Source: Gemmatimonadales bacterium
GTDB lineage: Bacteria; Gemmatimonadota; Gemmatimonadetes; Gemmatimonadales; GWC2-71-9
Assembly: GCA_030699545.1 (NCBI GenBank)
Contig: JAUYMC010000375.1
Location: 1-48,556 of the forward strand
Direction: 5' to 3'
Length of the DNA: 48,556 nt
The translations under genes and the position numbers were made by a program. Under the pieces are notes generated by a model that did not search any database, was not told the origin of the DNA, and saw nothing but the letters and a program-made list of their open reading frames with translations. Shown one piece after another: positions 16,981-25,851 of this stretch (positions are counted from its first letter, which is position 1; every line of letters starts with the position of its first letter).

Positions 16981-17478
16981 ATGCGCAACGTCTCGAAGCT
17001 GACCCTGGCTGCTCTCGTGCTCGCCTTTGGCGTCACGACGCTCCAGGCCCAGACCAATAGCGCCAATATCACGGCGACGGCGACGGTCCAGACGCCGATC
17101 AACGTGGTGGGCGCCCAGCAGTTGAACTTTGGGAACGTGTTCCCCGGCGTAAACAAGTCCGTCGCCGCGACCGATCTGACGAATGGCGGTCGCTTCGATG
17201 TGACGGGCCAGGCCAGCGCCCCGGTCAGCGTTTCCTTTACCTTGCCTGCCACGCTTGCGTCGGGCGCCAACACCATGCCGATTGACACCTACACGGGTGT
17301 GCATGCCGATAACGCCGCGCAGACCGGCGGCGTCGCGTTCAACCCCGTGAGCGGCGCGAGCCCCACGCTGAGCGCGTCCGGCGAGCTGTTCGTCTGGGTG
17401 GGTGCGCGCGCGGTCCCGGCGACCAACCAGGCGCAGGGCGTGTACACGGCGAGCATCATCATGACGGTGGTCTACTAA
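16981..17478 (+). CDS. DUF4402-like secreted fibre subunit A (candidate major subunit)
   Basis: 165 aa with a signal peptide ending TLQA. N-terminal alternating strand ITATATVQTPINV, then LNFGNV, VSFTLP, FVWVG, and a C-terminal GVYTASIIMTVVY. The layout is as I recall it for DUF4402 / spore-coat-U-like pilins. Confidence 0.8.
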   Translation: MRNVSKLTLAALVLAFGVTTLQAQTNSANITATATVQTPINVVGAQQLNFGNVFPGVNKSVAATDLTNGGRFDVTGQASAPVSVSFTLPATLASGANTMPIDTYTGVHADNAAQTGGVAFNPVSGASPTLSASGELFVWVGARAVPATNQAQGVYTASIIMTVVY

Positions 17479-17505
17479 CCCCGTTCGTGGCGTCGAGCTG
17501 AGAGC

Positions 17506-17542
17506 GCGCCGGCAGAGGGATGACAGTTCCCTCTGCCGGCGC
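17506..17542 (+). promoter_or_regulatory. Perfect 15-bp GC-rich stem-loop between subunit genes A and B
   Basis: GCGCCGGCAGAGGGA (17506-17520), loop TGACAGT, then TCCCTCTGCCGGCGC (17528-17542). No U-tract follows. Lies in the only sizeable gap (84 nt) of the operon. Confidence 0.7.
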
Positions 17543-17562
17543 AGTCACAAGTGGAGGCGGCG

Positions 17563-18030
17563 ATGCGTGGGATGATCGGTCTCGTGGTAGGGGCAGGGTT
17601 GCTGGCAGCGCCGCTCGCGGCGCAGGGCCGGCCACTGACCACCTCGGGCGTTCGTGGCCTGACCTTCGGCGCGGTCCTGCCCGGGGTCCCCCTGGTCGTC
17701 ACCCGCACCGACCCCGCGTTGAGCGGGCAGCTGGACATTCGCGGCCCCAACCGCCAGCAGATCCTGTTGTCGTTTACGCTGCCCCTCGTCATGACGGGCC
17801 CCGCGGGTGCGCAGCTGCCGTTGGTGTTCGGCTCGAGTGACGCCGGCTACTCCGAATCACAGGCGATCGGCAGCCAGATCGGTTTCGATCCCAAACAGTC
17901 CTTCACCGCGACCCTGGCGAATAATGGCCGCGGCTCGGTGTTCATCGGCGGCACCGCCAACGCCGCGGCGAATCAGCGTGCCGGGGCCTATACCGCGACC
18001 CTCACGCTCACCGTGACGGTGCTGCCATGA
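17563..18030 (+). CDS. DUF4402-like secreted fibre subunit B (lacks N-terminal extension)
   Basis: ATG at 17563, 5 nt after GGAGG. Signal peptide ...PLAAQ. LTFGAV starts only ~10 residues after the predicted cleavage site. LSFTLP, FIGG, GAYTATLTLTVTVLP. Confidence 0.8.
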   Translation: MRGMIGLVVGAGLLAAPLAAQGRPLTTSGVRGLTFGAVLPGVPLVVTRTDPALSGQLDIRGPNRQQILLSFTLPLVMTGPAGAQLPLVFGSSDAGYSESQAIGSQIGFDPKQSFTATLANNGRGSVFIGGTANAAANQRAGAYTATLTLTVTVLP

Positions 18031-18863
18031 GGCGGGGCGTCTGGTTGCTCGCCGCCGGCATGGTGCTCGGTCGACCGGCGCCGGGGCAGGGCGTCATGGT
18101 CGCGCCGCACGCGGTGCACATCGATCACCGCGTGCGCAGCGGGTCCGTGCTCCTCTACAATCCGGGGACCGAGCCGGTCGAAGTCACGATCTCGACGCTC
18201 TTCGGATACCCGACGACCGACTCGACGGGGCGGATCATGCTGCACACGGTCGACGTCCCCGATTCGACGATGCCGTCGGCGCTGGCGTGGCTCCAGGCCT
18301 TCCCGCGCCGCCTCACCGTCGCGCCGCTCGAGCGCCAGACGATCCGGCTGCTCGCCCGTCCACCCGCCGCGCTCGCGGACGGCGAGTACTGGGTGCGCCT
18401 CGTGATCGCGGCCAAGGCCGGCCAGGTTCCCGTCACCGGGGTCCAGGACACGACCGCGATTCAGATCGGTCTCACCCTCGAAGTGCGGACGATCATCGGT
18501 GTGAACTACCGCAAGGGCCCCGTGTCGACCGGCGTGGGGATTTCCGATCTGCGCGCACAGGTGATCGGGGATTCTCTCATCACCTGGAGCCGGCTCGAGC
18601 GCCGCGGCAACGCCGCGTACGTGGGAATGGTGCGGGCGACCCTGGTGGACTCGACCGGAGCGACGCGGGCGGCCTTCCAGACACCGCTGGGCGTGTACTT
18701 CACGCTGCAGCCGCGCCTCGGCACGGCCCTCGGCGGCGGCAGTCTGCCACGCGGGCGTTATTGGCTGCGCTACGAAGTCGTGACGGAGCGCGAGGACCTC
18801 GATCCGGCGGTGGTGCTTCCCGCGCCGGCCGTCCGCGATTCCGTGCAGCTGGTGGTGCCCTGA
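18027..18863 (+). CDS. Periplasmic PapD-like (two Ig-domain) fibre chaperone
   Basis: 278 aa with a signal-like N-terminus. V.V.P..V.....RSGSVLLYNPGTEPVEV and AFPRRLTVAPLERQTIRLL...DGEYWVRLVI match the N-domain pattern of chaperone-usher chaperones. ATGA overlap with subunit B. Confidence 0.7.
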   Translation: MRRGVWLLAAGMVLGRPAPGQGVMVAPHAVHIDHRVRSGSVLLYNPGTEPVEVTISTLFGYPTTDSTGRIMLHTVDVPDSTMPSALAWLQAFPRRLTVAPLERQTIRLLARPPAALADGEYWVRLVIAAKAGQVPVTGVQDTTAIQIGLTLEVRTIIGVNYRKGPVSTGVGISDLRAQVIGDSLITWSRLERRGNAAYVGMVRATLVDSTGATRAAFQTPLGVYFTLQPRLGTALGGGSLPRGRYWLRYEVVTEREDLDPAVVLPAPAVRDSVQLVVP

Positions 18864-19384
18864 TGCGGCGTGCCACGCGCGCCTTCGCGGCGGTGCTGGG
18901 GCTGGCCTTGCCGGGGCGGGTCCTCGCGCAGGGCACGGCCGCGATTCCGGCCGAAGCCGTCGTGGTGACGGTCGGGATGGCCGTCACGACGCTACGCGAC
19001 CTGGGCTTCGGCAGCGTCGTGACCGGTGTGTCCACCACGGTCCAGCCCGTCGCGGCGGGCGCCGGCGCGTGGCAGGTCAGCGGCAATCCCAATGCGTTCG
19101 CGAGCATCACGTTCACGCTGCCGACGGAGCTGACGAACATCCAGGCGCTGCCGGGATCCACCATGCCCATTGCGTTCGGCGCCGGGGCCGCGCTGTGGCG
19201 GCGCGCGACGAACGATCCGGCGGGCGCGACCCCGTTCGATCCCGCGACGGGGGCGACGGGGCGGTTTGGCCCGCCGCCCAATCCCAACCTCTACATCTGG
19301 GTTGGCGGCACCGTGAGCCCCGCGGTGACGGCCAAGCCGGGGATCTATCAGGGCACGATCGTCGTGTCGCTGTCCTACCTCTAA
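18863..19384 (+). CDS. DUF4402-like secreted fibre subunit C
   Basis: ATG at 18863 overlaps the chaperone stop (TGATG). Signal peptide ...VLAQ. N-terminal strand AEAVVVTVGMAV, then LGFGSV, ITFTLP, YIWVGG, GIYQGTIVVSLSYL. The track ORF 18287.. is an upstream extension. Confidence 0.8.
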   Translation: MRRATRAFAAVLGLALPGRVLAQGTAAIPAEAVVVTVGMAVTTLRDLGFGSVVTGVSTTVQPVAAGAGAWQVSGNPNAFASITFTLPTELTNIQALPGSTMPIAFGAGAALWRRATNDPAGATPFDPATGATGRFGPPPNPNLYIWVGGTVSPAVTAKPGIYQGTIVVSLSYL

Positions 19385-19387
19385 GCG

Positions 19388-21940
19388 GTGAACGGGCACG
19401 CGCGACGGGCGCTGCTGTTCACCGTCCTCGTGAGCATCAGCATCCCCGAGGCGCGGGCCCAAGACATTTCCTCAGACAGCGCACCAGAGCCGATCCTGAT
19501 GGAGCTGCGCATCGGACGGCTGGCGCAGGCCACCGTCCAGGCGTTCCGCGTCCGGTCCGAAGTCCTGGTTCCCCTCACGCAGTTCTTCCAGCTCGCCGAA
19601 ATCCGCCATCGCGTGTCGCCTGAGGGGCGACTGGATGCCGCGGTGGACCCGGGGAACCGGCAGATTCTCATCGACGTGCGCAGTGACACGATGATTTTCG
19701 GCGCGCACCGGGTCCGGCTCGAGCCCGAGTTCCGTCTGTTCGCCGAGAACGAGCTGTATGTCGGGGCGGAGCGGCTCGGGGATCTGCTCGGGCTGCGCTT
19801 CGCCGTCGATTGGGCCGAGCTGAGCGTGACGATCGTGGACGCGACGTCGCTCCCGATCGCGCGACGGCTGCGCCGGGAAAGCGCGCGGGCGGCCTATCTC
19901 CGCCTGCCCAGCGCGGCGCGCGCCGACGTGGTCCTGGGGCTCGAGCGCCCCGCGTGGGACGGCGTGACCGTCGACTATTCGTTCTTCTCCCCCTCCGCCG
20001 ATCCCGTCGCGGGCGCGACGTATGCCTTTGGCCTCGGCGCGGACCTCGGCGGGGGCTCGCTGGAGGTGCTGGCGCAGAGCGTGGGCCCGGCGTCCGACGC
20101 ACGGGCCAACGTCGAAGGGTCGTGGACGGGCGTCTGGCGCGAGCAGCGGTGGGTGAAGCAGCTGCGGCTCGGCACGATCGCCGCGACCGGCCCGCGCGGG
20201 CGCATCGTGCGCGGCGCAGCGGTGACGAACGCGCCGTTCGTCCGTCCCTCGCTGGTGGGGGCGCTGCGCTATGCCGGCCGGTTGGACCCGGGGTGGTCGG
20301 TGGAGGCCTATCGCGGCGGCGACCTGGTGGCGTTCGATTCGGCCGACGCCGACGGCGGGTTCGCGATCGATCTGCCCGTACGCTACGGGGAAAATCCCGT
20401 GGACTTCATCGCGTACGGGCCGTTCGGAGAAATCCGCGAGTTCAACCGCACCTACCGGGTCCTGAGCGATCTCCTGCCCGCGGGGCAATTCGAGTACGCC
20501 CTTTCCGGCGGGCACTGTCCCGGCCGGTCGGCGGGGCCGTGCGCGGCGGCGGCGAACGCGGACCTGCGCTACGGCGTGTCGCGGCGCGCCACCCTGCAGG
20601 CGGGCGCTGAGCGATTCTGGCGCGACAGTCTGGCCGACCGGGTCCATCCGTATGCCGTGCTCACGGCCAATCCCAGCAATGCATGGGCGTTTCAGGGCGA
20701 GGTGGTCGGCGCGGCGTTCGCGCGCGGCGTGATGCGGTACGAGCCGTCGGTCGATCTCCGGCTCGAAGGGGAGTACACGCACTTCGCCCGCGATTCACAG
20801 CCGGTGCTGATCGTGCCGGGCCGGCGCGCGCAGTGGTCGGTGAGCGGGTTTCTCCGTCCCCTGCCGTCGCGCGGCTTCTTTTTTTTCGACGGACGCGTCG
20901 AGCGAATCACCACGGATGCGGGCGCGGTCACGCGCACCCGGGTGGGCGCGTCGCTGCAGACGGCCGCCATCCGGCTGCTCCCCTACGTCCGCACCGAGCA
21001 CGACGTCGCAACGCGCGCCTTCGCCGGCGCCAACGCGTTCATCCTGCCGCGCTTCCTGCCGCAGATGTTCCTGCGCACGACCACCGAGGTGGCTCGGCGC
21101 GCGGGAGTGATGTCGTGGTCGGTCGTCGCCGCGCGGTCGCTGGGGCGCGGCATCCGGATCGAGCTGGGAACGCAGTGGGTGCGAGGCGATGCCGGCGTGA
21201 CCTACAACCTGTCGGTGACGTCGTCCCTGCCGGCGGTGCGGGCCGTGACGTCCGTCTCGGCGCCGCCGGGCCGTGCGGTGAACGGCACGCAGTTCGTGCA
21301 GGGGTCGGTTCTCTGGGACCGTCAGGGCGGGCGGCTCGGGGTCGCGCCGGGGCCTGCATTGGAGCGCTCCGGACTCGCCGGTTCCGTCTTCATGGATGAG
21401 AACGCGAACGGCCGGCGCGACCTCGGAGAACCCGGGATCGCGCGCGTGCGCCTGCTCGTCGGCTCGCTGGGCACGATGACCGACTCCGGCGGCGCCTATC
21501 GCATCTGGGACCTCCTGCCCTTCGAGCCGGTCATCGTCGCGCTCGACTCCATGACGCTCGAGTCGCCGCTGCTGGTGCCGCTGTACGCGCGGGCGAGCAT
21601 CGTGCCCGGGCCCAACCGCTTTCGCACGCTCGATATCCCGGTGGTGCAGGCAGGCGTGATCGAAGGGCGCGTCGTCCGGGCCGGTACGACGCGAGGCGTC
21701 GGCGGCGTCACGCTGATCCTCACCGAGCGCCGCAGCGGCGTGCGGCGGACGCTGGTCACGTTCACCGACGGCGGGTTCTATTTGCTGGGTGTCAAACCGG
21801 GCGACTACGAGCTGGCGGTCCGGGAAGACGTCCTCGAGGCGCTTGCGGTCGATGCGGCGCCGCTGCGCTTCACGCTCGCCCCGACGCCCGAGGGCGTCGG
21901 GCGCTCGGATCTCGAGCTGCGGCTTACGCCGAGGTTCTAG
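19388..21940 (+). CDS. Outer-membrane usher-like protein with two C-terminal CarboxypepD_reg/SdrD-B-like beta-sandwich domains
   Basis: 850 aa. GTG 3 nt after subunit C. Signal peptide ...PEARAQ. Long middle region with alternating beta-strand-like pattern rich in G/Y/R/A. C-terminus GSVFMDENANGRRDLGEPGI...GGAYRIWDL and GVIEGRVV...GGFYLLGVKPGDYELAV. Confidence 0.65.
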   Translation: MNGHARRALLFTVLVSISIPEARAQDISSDSAPEPILMELRIGRLAQATVQAFRVRSEVLVPLTQFFQLAEIRHRVSPEGRLDAAVDPGNRQILIDVRSDTMIFGAHRVRLEPEFRLFAENELYVGAERLGDLLGLRFAVDWAELSVTIVDATSLPIARRLRRESARAAYLRLPSAARADVVLGLERPAWDGVTVDYSFFSPSADPVAGATYAFGLGADLGGGSLEVLAQSVGPASDARANVEGSWTGVWREQRWVKQLRLGTIAATGPRGRIVRGAAVTNAPFVRPSLVGALRYAGRLDPGWSVEAYRGGDLVAFDSADADGGFAIDLPVRYGENPVDFIAYGPFGEIREFNRTYRVLSDLLPAGQFEYALSGGHCPGRSAGPCAAAANADLRYGVSRRATLQAGAERFWRDSLADRVHPYAVLTANPSNAWAFQGEVVGAAFARGVMRYEPSVDLRLEGEYTHFARDSQPVLIVPGRRAQWSVSGFLRPLPSRGFFFFDGRVERITTDAGAVTRTRVGASLQTAAIRLLPYVRTEHDVATRAFAGANAFILPRFLPQMFLRTTTEVARRAGVMSWSVVAARSLGRGIRIELGTQWVRGDAGVTYNLSVTSSLPAVRAVTSVSAPPGRAVNGTQFVQGSVLWDRQGGRLGVAPGPALERSGLAGSVFMDENANGRRDLGEPGIARVRLLVGSLGTMTDSGGAYRIWDLLPFEPVIVALDSMTLESPLLVPLYARASIVPGPNRFRTLDIPVVQAGVIEGRVVRAGTTRGVGGVTLILTERRSGVRRTLVTFTDGGFYLLGVKPGDYELAVREDVLEALAVDAAPLRFTLAPTPEGVGRSDLELRLTPRF

Positions 21941-24482
21941 CGGCCTCGCCGGCGACTTCGTACAGCAGCGTTTCGAGCTTGGCGAAATCGTACGGCTTGA
22001 CGAGCGCGGGGACGCCGGCCTCGCGCAGCAGCGCCGCCGTATCGGGGGCGAATGTGTCGCCCGTCGAAAAAATGAGACGGTTGACCATCGCCGGGTACTC
22101 GCGGCGCAGGTGCTCGAGGAACTCGCGGCCGCTCATCCCCGGCATGCGGACATCCGAAACGATGACGTCGAAGTGCATGCTCCCGAGGGCTTTCAATCCG
22201 TCGGCGCCGTCGATGACCCCCATGGCATGCAGGCCGCGACGCTTCAGGAAGGTGAGGACCGCGCGGCGCAGCCCGTCCTCGTCGTCGATCAGCAATATGG
22301 ATAGCCGCTCCCCCGCCGCGGCCCCCGGGGCCGCCGTGGTCTCCGTCACCGCCGGCATCGGCGGGGGCGTGACGCGTTGGCGTGTGCGGGCGTCGCGCGG
22401 CAGCTCGACGCAGAACAGCGCGCCCCCCCTCGCGGGATCGCTGTCCAGCCAGACGCGCCCGCCGTGGTCGTTTGCAATTCCGTAACAGATGGACAGGCCG
22501 AGCCCGGTGCCGGCCCCTTCGGGTTTGGTCGTGAAAAACGGATCGAAGATCTTGTCGGCCATCTCCGCGGGCACGCCGGGACCCGAGTCGGCCAGCTCGA
22601 GCCGCACGCGATCGTCGAAGGTCGACGTCCGGATCGTGATCGTCCGGCGCGTGTCCACCGTGACCAGCGCCTGCTCGGCGTTGATGAGGAGATTCAGCAG
22701 CATCTGCTGCACCTCGGAGCCGTTGGCCCACGCTTTGGGATCGCCTTCCTCCAGCTCGAGATTCACGGTGATGTTGAGGGTCGTGAGGTGGTAGGAGCGG
22801 AGGGCGTAGGTGCGTCGGACGATGTCGTTCAGGTCGACGAGCGTGCGATCTGTGCCGCCCACGCGGGCGAACGCGAGCAGATTGCCGGTGATCCGTCCGA
22901 TGCGCGTGGCCTCGTCGTAGATCATCTGAATCGTGTCGCGCTGCTCGCCGGTGAGGGTGTCGAGGAGCAGCGTCTGGGCGAAGCCCGAGATGATGGCCGC
23001 CGGATTGTTGATCTCGTGCGCCACGCCGCTGACCAACTGCCCCAGCGCCGCGAGCTTCTCCGCCTGCTGCAGCTGCGATTGCGTGCGGCGCTGCTCGGTG
23101 ATGTCCCGCGCGAGGGCCAGCACCTTGGGGATGCTGCCCCCAACGCTCCCCCCATCACGCACCGGCGCGTAGAGCACCGCGCTCGTGCCGTCGCTGCCGT
23201 CGGCCCGGCGAAACGGCACCTCGAAGCGCTGCAGCTCCCCGGCGAACGCAGCCGCGAGGTTTTCGCGGGCGATACGCGCGGCCGCGGCATCGAGCCAGTC
23301 GAAGCCGCCCCCGCGCCCGCCGGAGATCAGATCCCGGCCGGCCGCGTTGTCGTCGAGGATGCGGCCGTCGCGGTCGAGCACGACGATCGCATCCGGCACC
23401 GACTCCATGACCAGGCGCAGGCTGCGCTCCGTCGACGCGGTGGCGGCCAGCGAGCTCATCAGCGAGCGGGTCTGATGCGCGACTTCGTCCTCGAGCAGAC
23501 GCGAATAGCGCCGGGCCGCGCCGAAGGAGTAGAGGACGCGCGCGCCGATGATCGCCATGCCGATCGCGATGATGACGGCGAGGTCGGGCGCGCCCGCCGG
23601 GTCGAGAATCGCGACGATCGCGAGGGCCGACATGCCCGTCAGGCCGACCAGGATCGCGACGATCCGCGCCGTGAGGCCCGAGATGGTCGCGGGCGAGTGG
23701 TGCGGCCGGAGCGCGCGGTCTCCGGCGATCGCGCCGGCCGCCCCGATCATCAGCAGGCCGGCGTCCCAGCTGAGGTCGAGCATGCCTCCGCTCGTGAAGG
23801 TCCCGCGCAGCGCCGCCGCGGCGTAGAACAGATCCCCGATCGCGAAGACGACGACCCCCGGCAGGATGAGCGACGCCGTCGCGGTCGGGAAGGCGGTGCG
23901 CCGGAGCAGCTGGATCAGCACCATCCACAGCACGGTCACACCGCCGATCGACCAGCCGATGCTGGTGAGCAGCGCGGCGAGCGGGGGAGGTCCGGCGGGA
24001 GCGAAGAGAGGATTGAGGAAAAACCGGTAGGCGAGCGCCCCGACGGTAAACGTCACCAGCACCGTGTCCAGCACCAGCTCCGGGTCGGCGCGGCGCGTCG
24101 GCTGCCCGCGCGCGAGCGACGCGAACCCGAGCAGGAAAAAGCCGTACATGCCGAGGTAGCCGACGTCGGCGAGCGACGGGTAGCCGGGCGACACGCCGCG
24201 CAGCACTTCGTGGTAAGACCACACGATCTGGCCGGCGAGAAAGGCCGCGCATCCCGCGCCGATCCAGATCCACGTGCGGCGTTCCTCGGGCACCGGCGTG
24301 CGCTGCGCCGCGCGGAAGCAGCAGAAGGCGCCGAAGGCCGATGCCCACAACCAGGCCATGTTGGCGAACAGCGTGCGGGTGTCGGGATCGAGGGGGGGGA
24401 ACGCGTACACCACGGCCATCGCCGCCAGCGACAGCGCGGCGACGCTCACCAGCACGCGGGCGGAGCGGCTCAGTCGAATCAT
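21924..24482 (-). CDS. Hybrid sensor histidine kinase (polytopic membrane sensor, PAS, HisKA, HATPase, receiver)
   Basis: 852 aa. About 9-10 N-terminal TM helices. PAS-like region. H-box [13 protein letters not shown] boxes ([24 protein letters not shown]). C-terminal receiver (LLIDDE...[13 protein letters not shown]). The 3' end overlaps the usher-like gene by 17 nt. Confidence 0.9.
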   Translation of the reverse strand: MIRLSRSARVLVSVAALSLAAMAVVYAFPPLDPDTRTLFANMAWLWASAFGAFCCFRAAQRTPVPEERRTWIWIGAGCAAFLAGQIVWSYHEVLRGVSPGYPSLADVGYLGMYGFFLLGFASLARGQPTRRADPELVLDTVLVTFTVGALAYRFFLNPLFAPAGPPPLAALLTSIGWSIGGVTVLWMVLIQLLRRTAFPTATASLILPGVVVFAIGDLFYAAAALRGTFTSGGMLDLSWDAGLLMIGAAGAIAGDRALRPHHSPATISGLTARIVAILVGLTGMSALAIVAILDPAGAPDLAVIIAIGMAIIGARVLYSFGAARRYSRLLEDEVAHQTRSLMSSLAATASTERSLRLVMESVPDAIVVLDRDGRILDDNAAGRDLISGGRGGGFDWLDAAAARIARENLAAAFAGELQRFEVPFRRADGSDGTSAVLYAPVRDGGSVGGSIPKVLALARDITEQRRTQSQLQQAEKLAALGQLVSGVAHEINNPAAIISGFAQTLLLDTLTGEQRDTIQMIYDEATRIGRITGNLLAFARVGGTDRTLVDLNDIVRRTYALRSYHLTTLNITVNLELEEGDPKAWANGSEVQQMLLNLLINAEQALVTVDTRRTITIRTSTFDDRVRLELADSGPGVPAEMADKIFDPFFTTKPEGAGTGLGLSICYGIANDHGGRVWLDSDPARGGALFCVELPRDARTRQRVTPPPMPAVTETTAAPGAAAGERLSILLIDDEDGLRRAVLTFLKRRGLHAMGVIDGADGLKALGSMHFDVIVSDVRMPGMSGREFLEHLRREYPAMVNRLIFSTGDTFAPDTAALLREAGVPALVKPYDFAKLETLLYEVAGEAARTSA

Positions 24483-24513
24483 GCGGCGAATCCGCGCCTA
24501 ACCTAACCGCATT

Positions 24514-25851
24514 ATGTTTCGCCGGCCAATGAATCCGCTTGGTTGGATGCGCGCCCCGGAGGAATCGCTCGCGCAGTGGGATAGCTGGACGGCGCTGGCG
24601 GCGGCCGCCCGCGCCGACGGCCTCGACCGGGTGCTGGTCTGCGGGATGGGCGGCTCGAGCCTGGCGCCGCAGGTACTCGCGGTCAGCGCGGGAGCGCCGC
24701 CCACCTTTCGCGTCCTCGACAGCACCCACCCGGCGGCCGTGCTCGACAGCGAGCGCGCCCTCGACGTCCCCCGCACCCTGTTCGTGATCGCCAGCAAGTC
24801 GGGGACCACGGTCGAGACGCTGTCCGTCTATCGCTACTTCGCCGCCCGCGCCGAGCCGCGGCAGTTCGTCGCCATCACGGACCCCGGGACGCCGCTCGAG
24901 ACCCTCGCCCGCGGCCGCGGCTTCCGCGCGGTCGTTCCGCATCCGCCCGACGTCGGCGGCCGCTATGCCGCGCTCACGGCCGTCGGCATGCTGCCGGCCG
25001 CATTGCTCGGTCTCGACGGCCGCACGCTGCTCGAGCGCGCCCGGACGCTGCGGATCGCCGACGCGCAGTCGCTCGGCACGCGCATCGCGGACGCCGCGCG
25101 GAGCGGCCGGGACAAGCTGGTGCTCCAGCCCCCGGCGTCGTCCCGCCTCGCCGCGCTGCCGCAGTGGATCGAACAACTGGTCGCCGAGAGCTCGGGAAAA
25201 GACGGCCGCGGCGTCGTCCCCGTCGTCGATCATCAGGGCGCGCTCACGGCCGATGCCCAAATGGCTCCTCCCGCGGGCGCTCGTGACCCGCTCGATCTCG
25301 GGCTCGAGTTTCTGCGCTGGGAATACGCCACCGCCGCGCTGTGCGAGCGGCTCGGGGTGAACGCCTTCGATCAGCCCGACGTCGACGACGCGAAGCGGCT
25401 GGCGCGCGCCGAGCTCGAGCGCGACGCCGCGGCGGTCGAGCGGATCGCGACGCTCACGCCGGCCCAGCTCGCGCGCAGCGCGCAGCCGGGGCGGGGCGAC
25501 TACCTGGCCGTTCTCGCGTTTCTCGCGCCCACCGCGCCGATCGCCTCCCAGCTCCAGCGGCTGCGCGCCTCGTGGAGCGCGGCACTCGGCGTCATCAGTA
25601 CCGTCGGCTTCGGTCCCCGCTATCTCCACTCCACGGGCCAGCTGCACAAAGGCGGCTCCGGGACCGGGCTGTTCCTCGTGATCACGGCGGACATCGACCA
25701 AGACGCGGCGATTCCCGAGACCGGCCGCACGTTCGGGCAGCTGTTGCACGCGCAGGCGCGCGGCGACGTGCGCGCCCTGCTCGCGCGCGGCCGCCGCGTC
25801 GCGCACGTGCATCTCGCGCACACCGACGCGCTCGACGCGCTGCGGCCATGA
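24514..25851 (+). CDS. pgi: Glucose-6-phosphate isomerase-like SIS protein (short PGI, as in Tal-PGI fusions; possibly PGI/PMI)
   Basis: CGMGGSSLAPQVL, FVIASKSGTTVETL, EQLVAESSGKDGRGVVPV. Alternative starts at 24529 and 24547. Confidence 0.75.
   Translation: MFRRPMNPLGWMRAPEESLAQWDSWTALAAAARADGLDRVLVCGMGGSSLAPQVLAVSAGAPPTFRVLDSTHPAAVLDSERALDVPRTLFVIASKSGTTVETLSVYRYFAARAEPRQFVAITDPGTPLETLARGRGFRAVVPHPPDVGGRYAALTAVGMLPAALLGLDGRTLLERARTLRIADAQSLGTRIADAARSGRDKLVLQPPASSRLAALPQWIEQLVAESSGKDGRGVVPVVDHQGALTADAQMAPPAGARDPLDLGLEFLRWEYATAALCERLGVNAFDQPDVDDAKRLARAELERDAAAVERIATLTPAQLARSAQPGRGDYLAVLAFLAPTAPIASQLQRLRASWSAALGVISTVGFGPRYLHSTGQLHKGGSGTGLFLVITADIDQDAAIPETGRTFGQLLHAQARGDVRALLARGRRVAHVHLAHTDALDALRP

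Noticed and set aside
24483-24513. The 31-nt spacer between the divergent kinase and pgi-like starts contains the inverted repeat ATGCGG...CCGCAT and a CTAAC CTAAC direct repeat.
   Set aside because: The arms include the start-codon neighbourhoods themselves, and the repeats are short (5-6 nt), within chance expectation. More likely one or both annotated starts are slightly off (in-frame ATGs exist at 24529 and 24547).
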